Part shown: positions 47,901 through 54,907 of the stretch, piece after piece | Layout of the letters: each line of letters begins with the position of its first letter | Position numbering within the stretch: position 1 is the stretch's first letter | The notes under the pieces: model-generated | Seen by the model: the letters and a program-made list of their open reading frames with translations, nothing else | The model's database searches: none | What the model was told of the DNA's origin: nothing | NCBI GenBank assembly: GCA_044226015.1 | Contig: JBGAHS010000009.1 | Span: forward strand, 96,001-160,000 | Direction of reading: 5' to 3' | Length of the DNA: 64,000 bases | Source of the DNA: Candidatus Obscuribacteraceae bacterium | GTDB taxonomy: Bacteria > Cyanobacteriota > Vampirovibrionia > Obscuribacterales > Obscuribacteraceae | Made by a program: the position numbers and the translations under genes

Positions 47901-49952
47901 ACTGTGTTCAGTATTGGAGCTTCCGGTACAACGTTTAAGAACGCGATTCTCAAATCTACAACATCGGCTGCTACACCAGTTCTCTCAGTGAACGGTACCG
48001 CCGGCAAGCTCAACGGCGCGATAGCTATTACAAACGCAGGTGGCAGTTTGACGAATCTGGTTCCTCTAACCGCTGTGCAAACCCTGAGTTTGACTGCTGG
48101 GGCTGCGGGCTCTGTGCTTGTGAAAAATCCACTCGGAGGTTCGACTACATCGAGCATCACTCTGAGCGCGACTGGCAGCGGTAGTGTCAGTTCGAGCACG
48201 CCGAGTATTAAGACTGCCACGCTCAATCTCAACTCCGCTACGGGGTCAATAGGTAGCAGCACCGCACCATTGCAATTCGATGCTGTCGCCACCAACGCAA
48301 GTGCACCAGCTGCCAATGGCATCGTGAATCTGACTAATCAGGCTACTGGTAATATAAGCATGGGTGCTTCCGCTGCCGGTAAGAGCTTTAAGTTGACGGC
48401 TCCAAAGGCTGCTAACGTCAGCACTACTGGTGCGATTTCATCACCTTCGGTACTTCTATCTGCACCTGCTGGTGCCATTGGTCAATCGTCCTCGCACTTC
48501 CAAGTTAATTCACCTGCGGTGACAATCAGCGCTAAAGGACTGGTTTTTGCTGACAATCTCAGCACTGCGTCAAGCACTTTGAACAAATCGTCGGGGCAAT
48601 CTTTTACCTTTGTGGCGAGTGGTAATTTAACTGTAAATGGTATCAGCACCACCAACGGTGCTATTAGTGTTCAAACCTCATCGGGAGTTCTGCAGACTGC
48701 ACCGAGTGCTGTTATAACGACTAAGAACGGCACTATCAGTCTAGTGAACACAGACAACAGCACTACCGGTAGCGTAATTCTCGGCAAAGCCAGTAAGCTA
48801 ACAACGAATGGTCCAACTGGTGGGCTCTTCCCTGTCACTATAAAAGTGGGAACGGGTGGTACTCTCAGCACGACAAACCCGCTGCCGTCTTCTATCAAAG
48901 TTGTTAAAACAACTGGTGGACAGGCCTTCTTTAGTGTCGCTGGAACTCCCGGACTCAGCGCTGTTTTGCCGGTTAACACAATCAATCTGAAGGGCAGCGA
49001 TGTCATTCTGGACTCTGGTGCAAATGGTTCTATTCGCTTGAATGGTCAGGTTGTCCTCACTGCGGACCCTGTGCCCCCTGCGGTAGCCAGTCTTGGGTCG
49101 GTCACGATTACAAAGGCGCTGAACGCTAATTCCTCAAGCGCGCTCAAGGTCACGCCAGTGAGCTCAGCATCGACTGCAGCTCCGTCGGATGGACTCATGT
49201 CGATGGTGTTTTCATCTCAGCTCACAAACGGCTTCGGCAAGACGAGTTCGGCTCAAGCGGCTCTATCGTGGATGGGGGCACAAGCAGCAATACAGAACGG
49301 AAGTCGTGATCTCGCAGTTCTGTCAAATTCGAAACAGCTTCATTTCTCCACGGACAGTGCTACATCGTTTGAAGTTTCTGAAGAGTCACCAAATGTAAAA
49401 CATCCTTTGCTCTTCTCCGATGAAACGAACGGAAATGTCTTGAAAGGCTATCTCTCCACACAGCCAGAAGGATTAAGCACGGAACCTTCGCTCAGAAGTG
49501 GTGCAGGATTCTTTGTGCCTTCCAAAAATCTTGTTGTTAAGACAGCCTTTGGAAAAATCAAAATTGATGCAGGTTCGGCTGTTCTGCTTATGGCGTTTGC
49601 TGATGGAATTGCCGTCTACGACCTTCATGACTCCCATCGAAATGGTGTCAGCATCAGTGCTGCTGGTCACGAAATTTCTCTTTCTCCAGGATATAGAGAT
49701 GTAAGAGAATTGGAATTTGGCAATGGTCTCAAGGCGATTAGTTCTGAGTTCTCAATTGAAAGAGCCGTGGCACTTCTTTTCATGGTCAACAAACTCGAAA
49801 AAGATGAGAACCAGCTTCAAAATGCAAAGACTCGCAAAATCCTGGCTAACATCCTGAAAAATGCTGCCATTATGCATCAGCTACACTCAAACAAGGGACG
49901 CTTCGAGCAATTTAAACGTCAGTCAACCACGGCTTTTGCGCCACAGCGTTGA
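35958..49952 (+). CDS. Giant (about 4660 aa) secreted beta-helical adhesin/hemagglutinin-like repeat protein
   Basis: Single uninterrupted 14-kb ORF; ATG 35958 after AGGAG; signal peptide ending WSAFA; many G/S/T/N/A-rich beta-strand repeats; globular C-terminal domain. Confidence 0.9.
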   Translation: MNRKSSKRRCALVSSALALTPIISPWSAFAQTVPVGGRPGMRPAMVATGSSSLHPALDLGSTNASLSSPNNSAVSINIGGSLSNGTVIGGTQLSISPGQSVTPAQYAAVYQLIHGGNQALVVNSMGAAQSGSLNLSSKYLDSLANLVIPGGVSVTASGYNSKTPLNVSGALDISGSMHAIQGAANITSVLNLGSLTINQGGLLSGYLPSGSTQGYASGGMNLNVSGSVLNRGTITSPGALNILAGGNVINQSVNSVQSVMSAQNLNIVSNNGSIINSGLIQAVNTFNLAASSNTLPQSSGLSASLRAAADINNSGTISSGGSLSLHAGGAVINALMHDDTVAVSSLLAADNIGIVSGSGNVTNAGLISSANGDVNISSASKTQDINLNGFAGSIQAYNGSINLRDASYAGSANINVVGGDYLSRDVNLYSGSGTVTVNVGQLTGNLNTIAGTEHVFADTDLLKLGNHCVSGDPTYYNTGSIQIVDTVSAAEDLAIIAGANITADANGQIVTNGNNLILISGANILSACSGCTTPGPGKLGPSAGSSTPSSGLGIGAVDVSLSGGNGGNIDLSSSTAATVIDTSSSSGAGGNVTMVALADGSGAQGKVLLNSGSNLGTINTSGALEGGGGNVTIFAGADPAVASNSITTNKIVTISTGALSSGNVTLATTQAVTSDGQKLVFDASGHIASGNSIQAGSTLAKSGITTGDIDTHVNGGAAAAGNVNIKAYGDIFTSAGTIATINDGVGPSGEVNISSSKGAISTGEIDTFVYGGWLPAANVTISAYGDISTNGKFIYAFQGGSGVGGTIRLTSINGSVSTGMLLTGVGDSTAAGNVIISALGNINTDKIYAFNAGTGGGGSVSLSSSNGAVTTGEIFTNVNLGVYAAGAVTISAQDTITVSGTINASNGGTGSGGTVSLLSSGAIIVGDINTSSTGLRGGSVRLASAGNDSLFSISAGKINTSATTAAGSVEIVSIDPAFNLTLVGDITTQATGSDGVGGSVGIASLGLVQLGNVDTNNTSKIANPGAQGGSVFISSGVSSIDAKHISVYNPSNGSASGQAILISPGLINTFSITTEPGELGFYPLYSPSTTSINSSMTIDTSVSGIAGVSSNYNPQGYTSISGVGTQLTINSGGNSSLLVPLLALGAVSIDSIKSNSGTNADGISLVALGDITLNGSNSLSSAGSVSGGNASLLSVTGQITANALVTSSSGVASSGALSLLAKGAISVGNLNTSNSSTGAGGAVSLVSGYGAVSSGKIDSFSTAGSNLAGDVSIAAYGSITTGGGSIATYNTGKGAGGAVMLTSATDSVSTGGISTYASGAASAGSINIAAYGDVDTQAKSLSAFNNGTGRGGAVLLASSTGSVSSGSIETYVDGGAQAAGDVTISAYLNIDTNKLSIDAHNNGTGTGSAVNILSSTGKVTTGSINVSVSQSSLAGGNVNIEAFDVIDTSAGTITANNGGARPLDAGVTLTSSSSSVTVGSIDISVTGGAAIAGDVIISAEGSIKANSKIDASNLGTGDAGKINIESINGLVSLDQIDSSVNSASASGGVVSVSAHGSITAAGTINTSNAGSGLAGGGSAGELILISGTDDVTTAGINSSVGGNSALSGSVTILADKSITVGGAINSSNSGSGAGGTVALTAGKGSVQLNDVVVSSAGFMAGNILVTAPGAVSSGKLDTSNTGTGLAGSVAIVSADKISTGKITSTGTPSGSVFLSSAFSGSGAIVTGAISAETLLATAATSGSVTVQPFSSGQSLSVDGGDIHASGKYSDPIVIFPLNFDIQIKATLTPASIPGGGFASFSNTGTLTLANDSGSSGSVISFANLLPVFVQGSVSSFGKINDSIGNANFFVVSPTVSVTSATSYSSSRGSLSILANQMNLADVHTSGVNLQLTAVQDMNTGSVNTINSLGTLSGNVSLLSVTGSVNTNAIQMFVSSGAASAGNLVVSAYGNFNTNKQIINVSNAGTGAGGAVNIVTTGTGSVETGLINTSVTNSASRAPAGNLTVLAAAAIDTNLQKIDTSNSGSGAGGTVNLTSNTFSVNTGEINTHVDSGSLSAGNVILTAYEFINTGDINAYHGAAGSGGSVTLMRAAAMTTGNVNTSSVGYVGGAITAGSAGDNGIYSLAMGNLNTSGSLAGGAVLVVSDDFGEKPLLVGTITTSASSASGIGGAVGIAALGALAVGNINTTNTALSASGAAQSGSVFLSSGLANTNSISAGSINAYNANGSSSGQVILVASGTITTFGSITTSAGVILPQVFTSNALSGTQASVTPNYSSDKISISSSTTVDVSVTGISNASSNFNPQGYAALSGADTELTVNTGGNSSLLAPLIFTAYVPMSIKSIKAANSSAADAISLLVFGNLTLSDGIQAAGTVSGGNVSVVSSAGQISANKIDTHSDGSGAAGSVNIAALLGVPVSGAISSYNKGTGAGGAVSLISTNNSVSTGNIETYALNSSAGAGNIVLSSYGALSTGDLNTSNGGTGSGGSVFLTSSNSSVSTGAIDTRVSGASASAGYLLISAHGDIDTGKVQTYNSVGTGVGGSVGLFSTAQNSFVTTGDIATFLSLGSAAVGNVTVSSLGAIVVAGNISGGIVNLNAGEKISVNAGATVTNTTGDLLIETTELDNDGAIDSSGKIWVFTQPGADLTISGTGTMSASATAFGLSPVGGGTVTNRNLFVTGNQSITGELGIFSSASGTSGVISLSTGSSLSSSTGINIDTPTLLNSGTLTASGTITVPGVTPNPGPVGIFAQNQRASAGITIDGTGGVWNALAGGTYIQALYPNGIVLTGDQTFNGPLTLNDLSNDGFVVGAGSTISLSSPTTINAPRAVINGTVNFNAGGTINSVGDITGSGLITAAAGILTLHTSGGNIGSSVTPLAVSSGASGVKNLYLDVIATAGTPNNGNVWLIDNDSDPAPVGNPAVFLNAVSGSNEGLSSSGNFSFTATAGSIGIHPTQVIASSSVTLVAQRSIIQKHGESITAPVINMTAVAGNIGLSETSPTIVSSGSSSKTQLQLTVNATANTNGNGNIWISDADQDVVWGVPVPALALKSAAAGSGTPIDATTGNIQITTIAGGISVAGATKASNVISFNSNSSILQTGVGSLAAPSINLKSNIGNIGSSSTPLSVSSGNSGSKQLNLSAIAAANTIGNGNVWLTDSDLDVGPLSPAVLLYGVAGNGSSPAVDSGTFSMTNTGGSIGIHPTTLTASKQIVLTAQENVVQLHGEVISAPVISLTATKGNIGLDTIPFIVSSGASGSTQLQLTMSAPNNASGRGNIFVTDADSDLLSGAAAVMLGSVTAGSGSPVDGTTGRVVFSTSAGSIAFNGTSIATSSITFNANANIVQASGGSLSSPAMAFTATTGNIGSSPVPVSTNASVLSANAFANVYLKASSASLTLNASSGNTFVLSTTANNGVATINGINANNVILQAQGAINSGFVLDGTIGGQLSTNAVSVVIAAAGSGDISNPNSKGSINTGSLVLSSGTGTIGLNLTPIITTAAVVTANTGASGAQQGVFITDNNPNSVSIQTSSSGSWFDVIAYNDITVDGSISAGSASGNGSLVLLPNGNITLNASLISNNPNTTVNGIVIQTPTFGTITQTKGTINTAGSVVVIDGGFGDIGSAAHPISVSAATPQVLLNFATAGNAYVSSPNSMRVFDAIGNDIEITAVNSVTIAGLTTVNNLTVRTLNGGNVVFDGGSLALFAGGNASSCTVNVNGKATISTINNFTLTANSLNLVSQNGYIGSSAQPIETTAAAISVSSLGKVYINDSNTKVSLGSISASDFKLTSNNISALQSINVGGVLTLIANSGNLTYSGSTSNVLDLRAPAGTINLPSAQLSVIPNSTSGAGGTINVVAANLVYPGSSSFSPLQVSAQGVGTGDGGSISIQFNSQKALMIGSGVSGKNPPPTQVMALDARSGLVAGNGGIVSVTTGGDLTVAPDYLSTAPSSGNGANITLIAGKNLLVNGPLNANAAVSGNGGNITLASNSSTVFSIGASGTTFKNAILKSTTSAATPVLSVNGTAGKLNGAIAITNAGGSLTNLVPLTAVQTLSLTAGAAGSVLVKNPLGGSTTSSITLSATGSGSVSSSTPSIKTATLNLNSATGSIGSSTAPLQFDAVATNASAPAANGIVNLTNQATGNISMGASAAGKSFKLTAPKAANVSTTGAISSPSVLLSAPAGAIGQSSSHFQVNSPAVTISAKGLVFADNLSTASSTLNKSSGQSFTFVASGNLTVNGISTTNGAISVQTSSGVLQTAPSAVITTKNGTISLVNTDNSTTGSVILGKASKLTTNGPTGGLFPVTIKVGTGGTLSTTNPLPSSIKVVKTTGGQAFFSVAGTPGLSAVLPVNTINLKGSDVILDSGANGSIRLNGQVVLTADPVPPAVASLGSVTITKALNANSSSALKVTPVSSASTAAPSDGLMSMVFSSQLTNGFGKTSSAQAALSWMGAQAAIQNGSRDLAVLSNSKQLHFSTDSATSFEVSEESPNVKHPLLFSDETNGNVLKGYLSTQPEGLSTEPSLRSGAGFFVPSKNLVVKTAFGKIKIDAGSAVLLMAFADGIAVYDLHDSHRNGVSISAAGHEISLSPGYRDVRELEFGNGLKAISSEFSIERAVALLFMVNKLEKDENQLQNAKTRKILANILKNAAIMHQLHSNKGRFEQFKRQSTTAFAPQR

Positions 49953-50130
49953 TGTGGACGGATTTTCAAAAAGCTTCATCTATCTGCTTCGGTCACCGGA
50001 TTCTGATGATAATCAATGATTCTCAGACTTTCGCTTGCTTGCCAAGTTGGGGGAAGGGGCCGCACTTAAGGCTCGATCTATCTACAATAGATAGGGTTTT
50101 GAAATTACTCCAGTTTGCGGAAATCAAGAT

Positions 50131-51723
50131 ATGAATCTTTGGCTGTCGTTTAATAAAGCTATCTCCTTGTGGCCGGACCGCGAGGCCCTCGTTGACGGTG
50201 AGAAGCGTTTTACATACCGACAGTTTGGCGAACGAGTTGCAAGCCTTTCATCCAGCTTGCAGAAACTCGGTCTGAAGCGAGGTTCGACCATAGCAATATG
50301 CTGCCCGAACAAATTTGAGTACATGGAAATCTACTATGCCTGTGCTATCTCCGGCATTGTTCTTGTGCCACTAAACTATCGTTTGGGTGGTGAAGAGCTT
50401 GTAGATATCATTGCTGATTCTGACTCTGAGCTCATTTTCTTTCACACTGATTTCTGGCGAATTGCACTGGAAGTTTTGCCTGAGTGCAAAGGGCTGCGAC
50501 AAGTCGTTTGGATTGGAGAGAGGCACCCTAGCGTTCTTGCAAATGTTGACTATGAGCAATCGAATTATGAAACCATGCTTGCTGAGCCTGGTAGTCTTCG
50601 CGGTTTGCCGCATATGAAGGCTGAGGAATTGGCTCATCTCTATTACACCAGCGGAACAACTGGTCGTCCTAAAGGCGTGATGCTCTCGCATGGGAATGTT
50701 GGTATCAATGCACTATCGGCAGTGGCAGAACTTGGTTTTACCGACCAGGACACATGGCTGCATGCTGCGCCTCTGTTCCATCTGGCTGATGCGTGGTCAA
50801 CCTTCGCGGTTACATGGGTGGGAGGCAAACACGTTTTCCTTTCGCAATTTAAAGCCACAGAAACGCTTGAATTAATCAGCAAAGAAAAGGTAACCGCTAC
50901 TGTTCTTGTTCCGACAATGTTGAATGCGATGCTTAATGATGCCAGCCTTGGTAAGCATGATTACAACTCATTGCGAATGATAATTACGGGCGGCTCGCCG
51001 ATTGCTCCTGAAACTGTCAGGCGTGTCATGAAGAGCTTTGGCTGTGAATATGTTCAGCTATATGGAATGACAGAGACCAGTCCGTTTTTGACTATTAGCA
51101 GACCGAAGATAGAGCACATGCATCTGCCTGAGGATAAGCAAGTTGAAATAAGGTCACGCACCGGACGTCCTTATATTGGTGCTGAGGTACTCGTTGTAAG
51201 AGACGATGGTACTGAAGTTAAAAAGGATAATACTGAGGTTGGCGAAATTATTGCTCGTGGACCAACCATTACCAGAGGGTATTGGAAACAAGCAGAAGCC
51301 ACTGCTCAAGCCATAAAAGATGATTGGATTCATACAGGCGACCTTGCGGTGGTTGATGAGCACGGGTATATCAACATAGTTGATCGAAAGAAGGACATGA
51401 TCATCACTGGCGGTGAAAATGTGTTTTCTACCGAGGTTGAGTACGCTATTTATGAACATCCGGGAGTGGCAGAGTGTGCGGTTTTTGGCATTCCCGATGA
51501 ACGTTGGGGCGAAGCTGTTCATGCGGTGGTCGTGAAGAGAGAAGGGTTCGATCATATGACAGGAGAAGAGATCATTTCTTTTGTTCGTGATCGACTCGCT
51601 CGCTACAAAGCTCCATCAAGTGTTGAGTTTCTTCCAGAGTTGCCTAAGACGGGCTCCGGTAAAATCTATAAGAAGGAACTTCGTGATCGCTTCTGGTCTG
51701 GCAGAGTTAAGCAGGTTAACTGA
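50131..51723 (+). CDS. Long-chain fatty-acid--CoA ligase (AMP-binding family)
   Basis: YYTSGTTGRPKG, YGMTETSP, HTGDLA, DRKKDMIITGGENV and PKTGSGKI motifs. Confidence 0.92.
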   Translation: MNLWLSFNKAISLWPDREALVDGEKRFTYRQFGERVASLSSSLQKLGLKRGSTIAICCPNKFEYMEIYYACAISGIVLVPLNYRLGGEELVDIIADSDSELIFFHTDFWRIALEVLPECKGLRQVVWIGERHPSVLANVDYEQSNYETMLAEPGSLRGLPHMKAEELAHLYYTSGTTGRPKGVMLSHGNVGINALSAVAELGFTDQDTWLHAAPLFHLADAWSTFAVTWVGGKHVFLSQFKATETLELISKEKVTATVLVPTMLNAMLNDASLGKHDYNSLRMIITGGSPIAPETVRRVMKSFGCEYVQLYGMTETSPFLTISRPKIEHMHLPEDKQVEIRSRTGRPYIGAEVLVVRDDGTEVKKDNTEVGEIIARGPTITRGYWKQAEATAQAIKDDWIHTGDLAVVDEHGYINIVDRKKDMIITGGENVFSTEVEYAIYEHPGVAECAVFGIPDERWGEAVHAVVVKREGFDHMTGEEIISFVRDRLARYKAPSSVEFLPELPKTGSGKIYKKELRDRFWSGRVKQVN

Positions 51724-52886
51724 TGAAACGCTCTTTTCTAATTTCCGTTGCTGCGGGATTATTCATAGTATTAGTCTGTGTTGCTGCATCAGTTTTTGCC
51801 GTTGATCGATATAAGCGGCTAGCCGACAAAATAGAGAAAGCCAAACGTGGTATTGCCATTCGCATTTCACAAGGGAGGGATATCACACGTCCTTACGATT
51901 TGTTGAAACAGGCTAAGGTAGCTCTCGACGCAAAGCGAGTCGACGAAGGTGAAGCCCTGCTCGATGAGTCTTTGAAATTAATTGAAGCCATTTCTACCAA
52001 GCAAGATATTACGGAAGTCTTTCCAGAAGATTGGCAGAAAGAAGAGACTTGCAATTTATATGTTAACCCGCAGCAGGTCGAGATAGAAGGCTATGACGAT
52101 AATTGCATGGAACCTTTTATTTCTCGTGATGGTAAATATCTCTTTTTCAACAACAGCAACGATGAGATTGCTGATACTCACCTTCATGTGGCGCAGCGAG
52201 TGGTGGCACTTAAGTTCAAGTACCTAGGTCCCTTGAAGGGTGCGGCGTCGTCTGGCAAAGACATGGCACCATCTGGTGATAGTGCTGGCAATCTCTTTTT
52301 CACAAGCACTCGCAGTTTTGCTGAGAATGGTTTGACAATTTATGGTGGACGCTGGTCACCAGGCGAGCTGAGCCTGACCGGTGTTGCGGCTGTTCTAGGT
52401 GACATGAGTTCACCGCCTTCCTGGTTGAAGATGGACTGTGAGCTCAGCCCGAAAGGTAATCTACTTGTATTGGCTCAAGCGGAATTTACTAAGGGTGCAA
52501 CAGTGCCGACAAAATCTGATCTTGAACTTCGGCGGAAGGAAGGCACAGCGTTCAGAAAATTTGTGCCTGGCGACTATTTTTTGAGAAACGTCAATACACC
52601 AGCACTCGAGTACGCTCCAGCAATCAGCGCTGATGAGTCGGAGCTATTTTTCACGCGCTCTAGTTTGAGAAGGCAAAATGGTAAATTGCAGCCCTATTTT
52701 AGAATAATGGTGGCAACGCGAACGAAGAGCACTGAGCCTTTCGGAACTCCACGAGTACTCGCTGGACTAACTGGACTAATTGAAGGTCCAACTCTGTCTC
52801 TAGATAAGAGTGAGTTGTTTTTTCACAGGAAACTTGGAGACAAGTTCGTAATCTTCAGGGCTGAACGAAGTAAGGGTCAGCTATAG
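51723..52886 (+). CDS. Membrane-anchored PD40/TolB-like beta-propeller protein
   Basis: N-terminal TM; repeats EPFISRDGKYLFF, APAISADESELFF and GPTLSLDKSELFF. Confidence 0.75.
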   Translation: MKRSFLISVAAGLFIVLVCVAASVFAVDRYKRLADKIEKAKRGIAIRISQGRDITRPYDLLKQAKVALDAKRVDEGEALLDESLKLIEAISTKQDITEVFPEDWQKEETCNLYVNPQQVEIEGYDDNCMEPFISRDGKYLFFNNSNDEIADTHLHVAQRVVALKFKYLGPLKGAASSGKDMAPSGDSAGNLFFTSTRSFAENGLTIYGGRWSPGELSLTGVAAVLGDMSSPPSWLKMDCELSPKGNLLVLAQAEFTKGATVPTKSDLELRRKEGTAFRKFVPGDYFLRNVNTPALEYAPAISADESELFFTRSSLRRQNGKLQPYFRIMVATRTKSTEPFGTPRVLAGLTGLIEGPTLSLDKSELFFHRKLGDKFVIFRAERSKGQL

Positions 52887-53839
52887 TTACCACTTTGCTC
52901 TTGTCGAAGCAGAGCCTTTGCCTGTTCCACAATCGCTGTCATTTGATTTTGACCAATGTCGTCAACTGATGGTGCTCTTTCTATCGGCTCGAAAACAGAT
53001 GCGTACCAATCGGGATTATTGAATTTATCCATCCAATCATCCAGCTTGTTCCATTCGCCATCATTGAGCCCAAGCAAGAAGCGCGCTCTAAACGGATCAA
53101 CACCAGCTTGTTCAAAGGCGGGCACTCGAAGGTCTTGTCCCAGTCCTGTGTCAAATCTTGCGCGCCCACTCGAATCAACATCGACATCAGCGAAAATGTC
53201 ATACCTTTTTATCAGATTTTGAGCTTCTTCGATGTACTGGTCGTGAAATTTTTGTCCGCTTGCAGTGAGTTTGTATTTGACGTTTTTGACGTCGACTTCA
53301 ATGTAGGCTTTTCCTTCAGCCCATTTGATCACGTCGATTAATTCAGGATATTCCTTTGTCACATCGATTGTGGTGCCAATCGCAACCTGGTGTAAAAAGA
53401 ATAGTTGCGCCAGCTCTTTGATTAGCTCTTCTGGACTTTTTGCTTCAGCAACTTGCTCTTGTTCTCTTGGTGTTGTCTGCGCTCCACCAAAAATCATCAA
53501 GTCTAGTCTCTTATAGCTTTCGCCACCGTGTTCGGCTGGAACAAATGCGCCGATGAGAGGCGCATCTGGATTTAGTTCTTTCCCATTTGCTTTAAAATTC
53601 ACGTCATCGCGAATGAAAGCACCCTGGTCGTCTCTGTCGAAAATAACGTTTTGAAGGTCAACGAAATCTTCTAGCTGTCCCTCGGGCAATATGCCTTTTG
53701 ACAGCAATCCCTGAGGATTTTCGGTTCCAATTACATCAAATACAACATCGATAGCGGCTTGCTTAACCACTGGCTCTTCCAGAGAAAGCACTGCCATTCT
53801 CTGCTGAGCAGAGTCGGTCAGTCTGATTTGATATTTCAT
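52877..53839 (-). CDS. Hypothetical protein: possible ubiquitin-like N-domain plus winged-helix-like C-domain
   Basis: 320 aa. NFKANGKELNPDAPL...RLDLMIFGG at aa 81-119; YKLTASGQ wing-like motif downstream. Confidence 0.7.
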   Translation of the reverse strand: MKYQIRLTDSAQQRMAVLSLEEPVVKQAAIDVVFDVIGTENPQGLLSKGILPEGQLEDFVDLQNVIFDRDDQGAFIRDDVNFKANGKELNPDAPLIGAFVPAEHGGESYKRLDLMIFGGAQTTPREQEQVAEAKSPEELIKELAQLFFLHQVAIGTTIDVTKEYPELIDVIKWAEGKAYIEVDVKNVKYKLTASGQKFHDQYIEEAQNLIKRYDIFADVDVDSSGRARFDTGLGQDLRVPAFEQAGVDPFRARFLLGLNDGEWNKLDDWMDKFNNPDWYASVFEPIERAPSVDDIGQNQMTAIVEQAKALLRQEQSGNYS

Positions 53840-53841
53840 TT

Positions 53842-54690
53842 TTAGCGTCTCCGTCCGCCCCAGCCGCGACGCAAGCTGCTGCCGAAACCAGATGATGAGC
53901 GGCGTCCGCCCCAGCCGGAGGAGCTGGAACTAGAACTTGAGCTGGAACTGCTTGAACTTCCCCAGAAGCTGCGCTTCTTGGTTCCACTAGAGCTTGAGCT
54001 GAAGTCTGATGAGCCCATGGTTTTACTGCTTCCAAAACCGGTGCCCGCAGAGTTCTTCTTGAAGCGGGAGAAAAATCCCTGGTTAGCTGTTTTCTGGGTT
54101 TCAAATTGTGGAGATTGACGATAGGTATCGCGGTGATCGCGCAAGATTACGACCTGAGTCGGTCTGGTGTAATAGCCACCACCCCAGGAATTCATCGCGT
54201 GGCTCAGCAGCAGGGTTTGCAAGAACGGGTTGCCCATGAAGCTGTGGTGTCCTTCATAATATGGACGATCGTTATATCCGTTCATACGGTAGGGTAATTC
54301 ATTGTTTACTGCTTCGCCGGTTTGTTCGATTGAGAACAATTTTTCGTCTCCAGCCTGGAAGCCTTCTTTGCTGTCTTTGTCAATGAATCCAACGATATTT
54401 AGCTTATCGTCTTTTCTGCTTGCATCGATGGACACTACTTCCTTGCCATCATAAATTTCATTGACGCGCTTTTCGAAAGCACCCATCCAGCTGGATAGGT
54501 CGTTTCCTTTTGAGTCCCAAAAAGCCTTTTCGACTTCCTCTAGATTTATTTTCTGTGACTCGACTTCCACTTTCGGAGATGTGTAATGCTCTTCGCGAAC
54601 ATGGCTCGAACAAGCGCACAGACCTACGCAAATTGCCATTGCGATAGAAAGATTGCGAAATTGACCCTTCAAATTCATTTGTGTCTCCAA
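53842..54690 (-). CDS. Lipoprotein with Ser/Gly/Arg-rich disordered tail
   Basis: Lipobox GLCA-C; C-terminus SSSSSSSSGWGGRRSSSGFGSSLRRGWGGRRR. Its stop is 2 nt from the next gene's start. Confidence 0.75.
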   Translation of the reverse strand: METQMNLKGQFRNLSIAMAICVGLCACSSHVREEHYTSPKVEVESQKINLEEVEKAFWDSKGNDLSSWMGAFEKRVNEIYDGKEVVSIDASRKDDKLNIVGFIDKDSKEGFQAGDEKLFSIEQTGEAVNNELPYRMNGYNDRPYYEGHHSFMGNPFLQTLLLSHAMNSWGGGYYTRPTQVVILRDHRDTYRQSPQFETQKTANQGFFSRFKKNSAGTGFGSSKTMGSSDFSSSSSGTKKRSFWGSSSSSSSSSSSSSSGWGGRRSSSGFGSSLRRGWGGRRR

Positions 54691-54907
54691 TCCCGGCTAG
54701 AGGAAGAACTGCAAGCTTGATCATATCCGAGCCTTTTGCCGCATTGACAGGACGATTTGCCCCGAAACTCCGGGGGCGCCTGCCTGCGTAGATACAAACC
54801 TGGCAACAGGCTTGAATCTATCCTTAACAATGCTTGGGACTGCAAGGTTATATCCTAGACATACGGGTCGCGAAAAAATGCTAATTACTGAAAAAGTATT
54901 CAGCCAC

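Noticed and set aside
36234..49670. Many short minus-strand ORFs inside the giant gene
   Set aside because: Antisense shadows of a biased-composition coding region.
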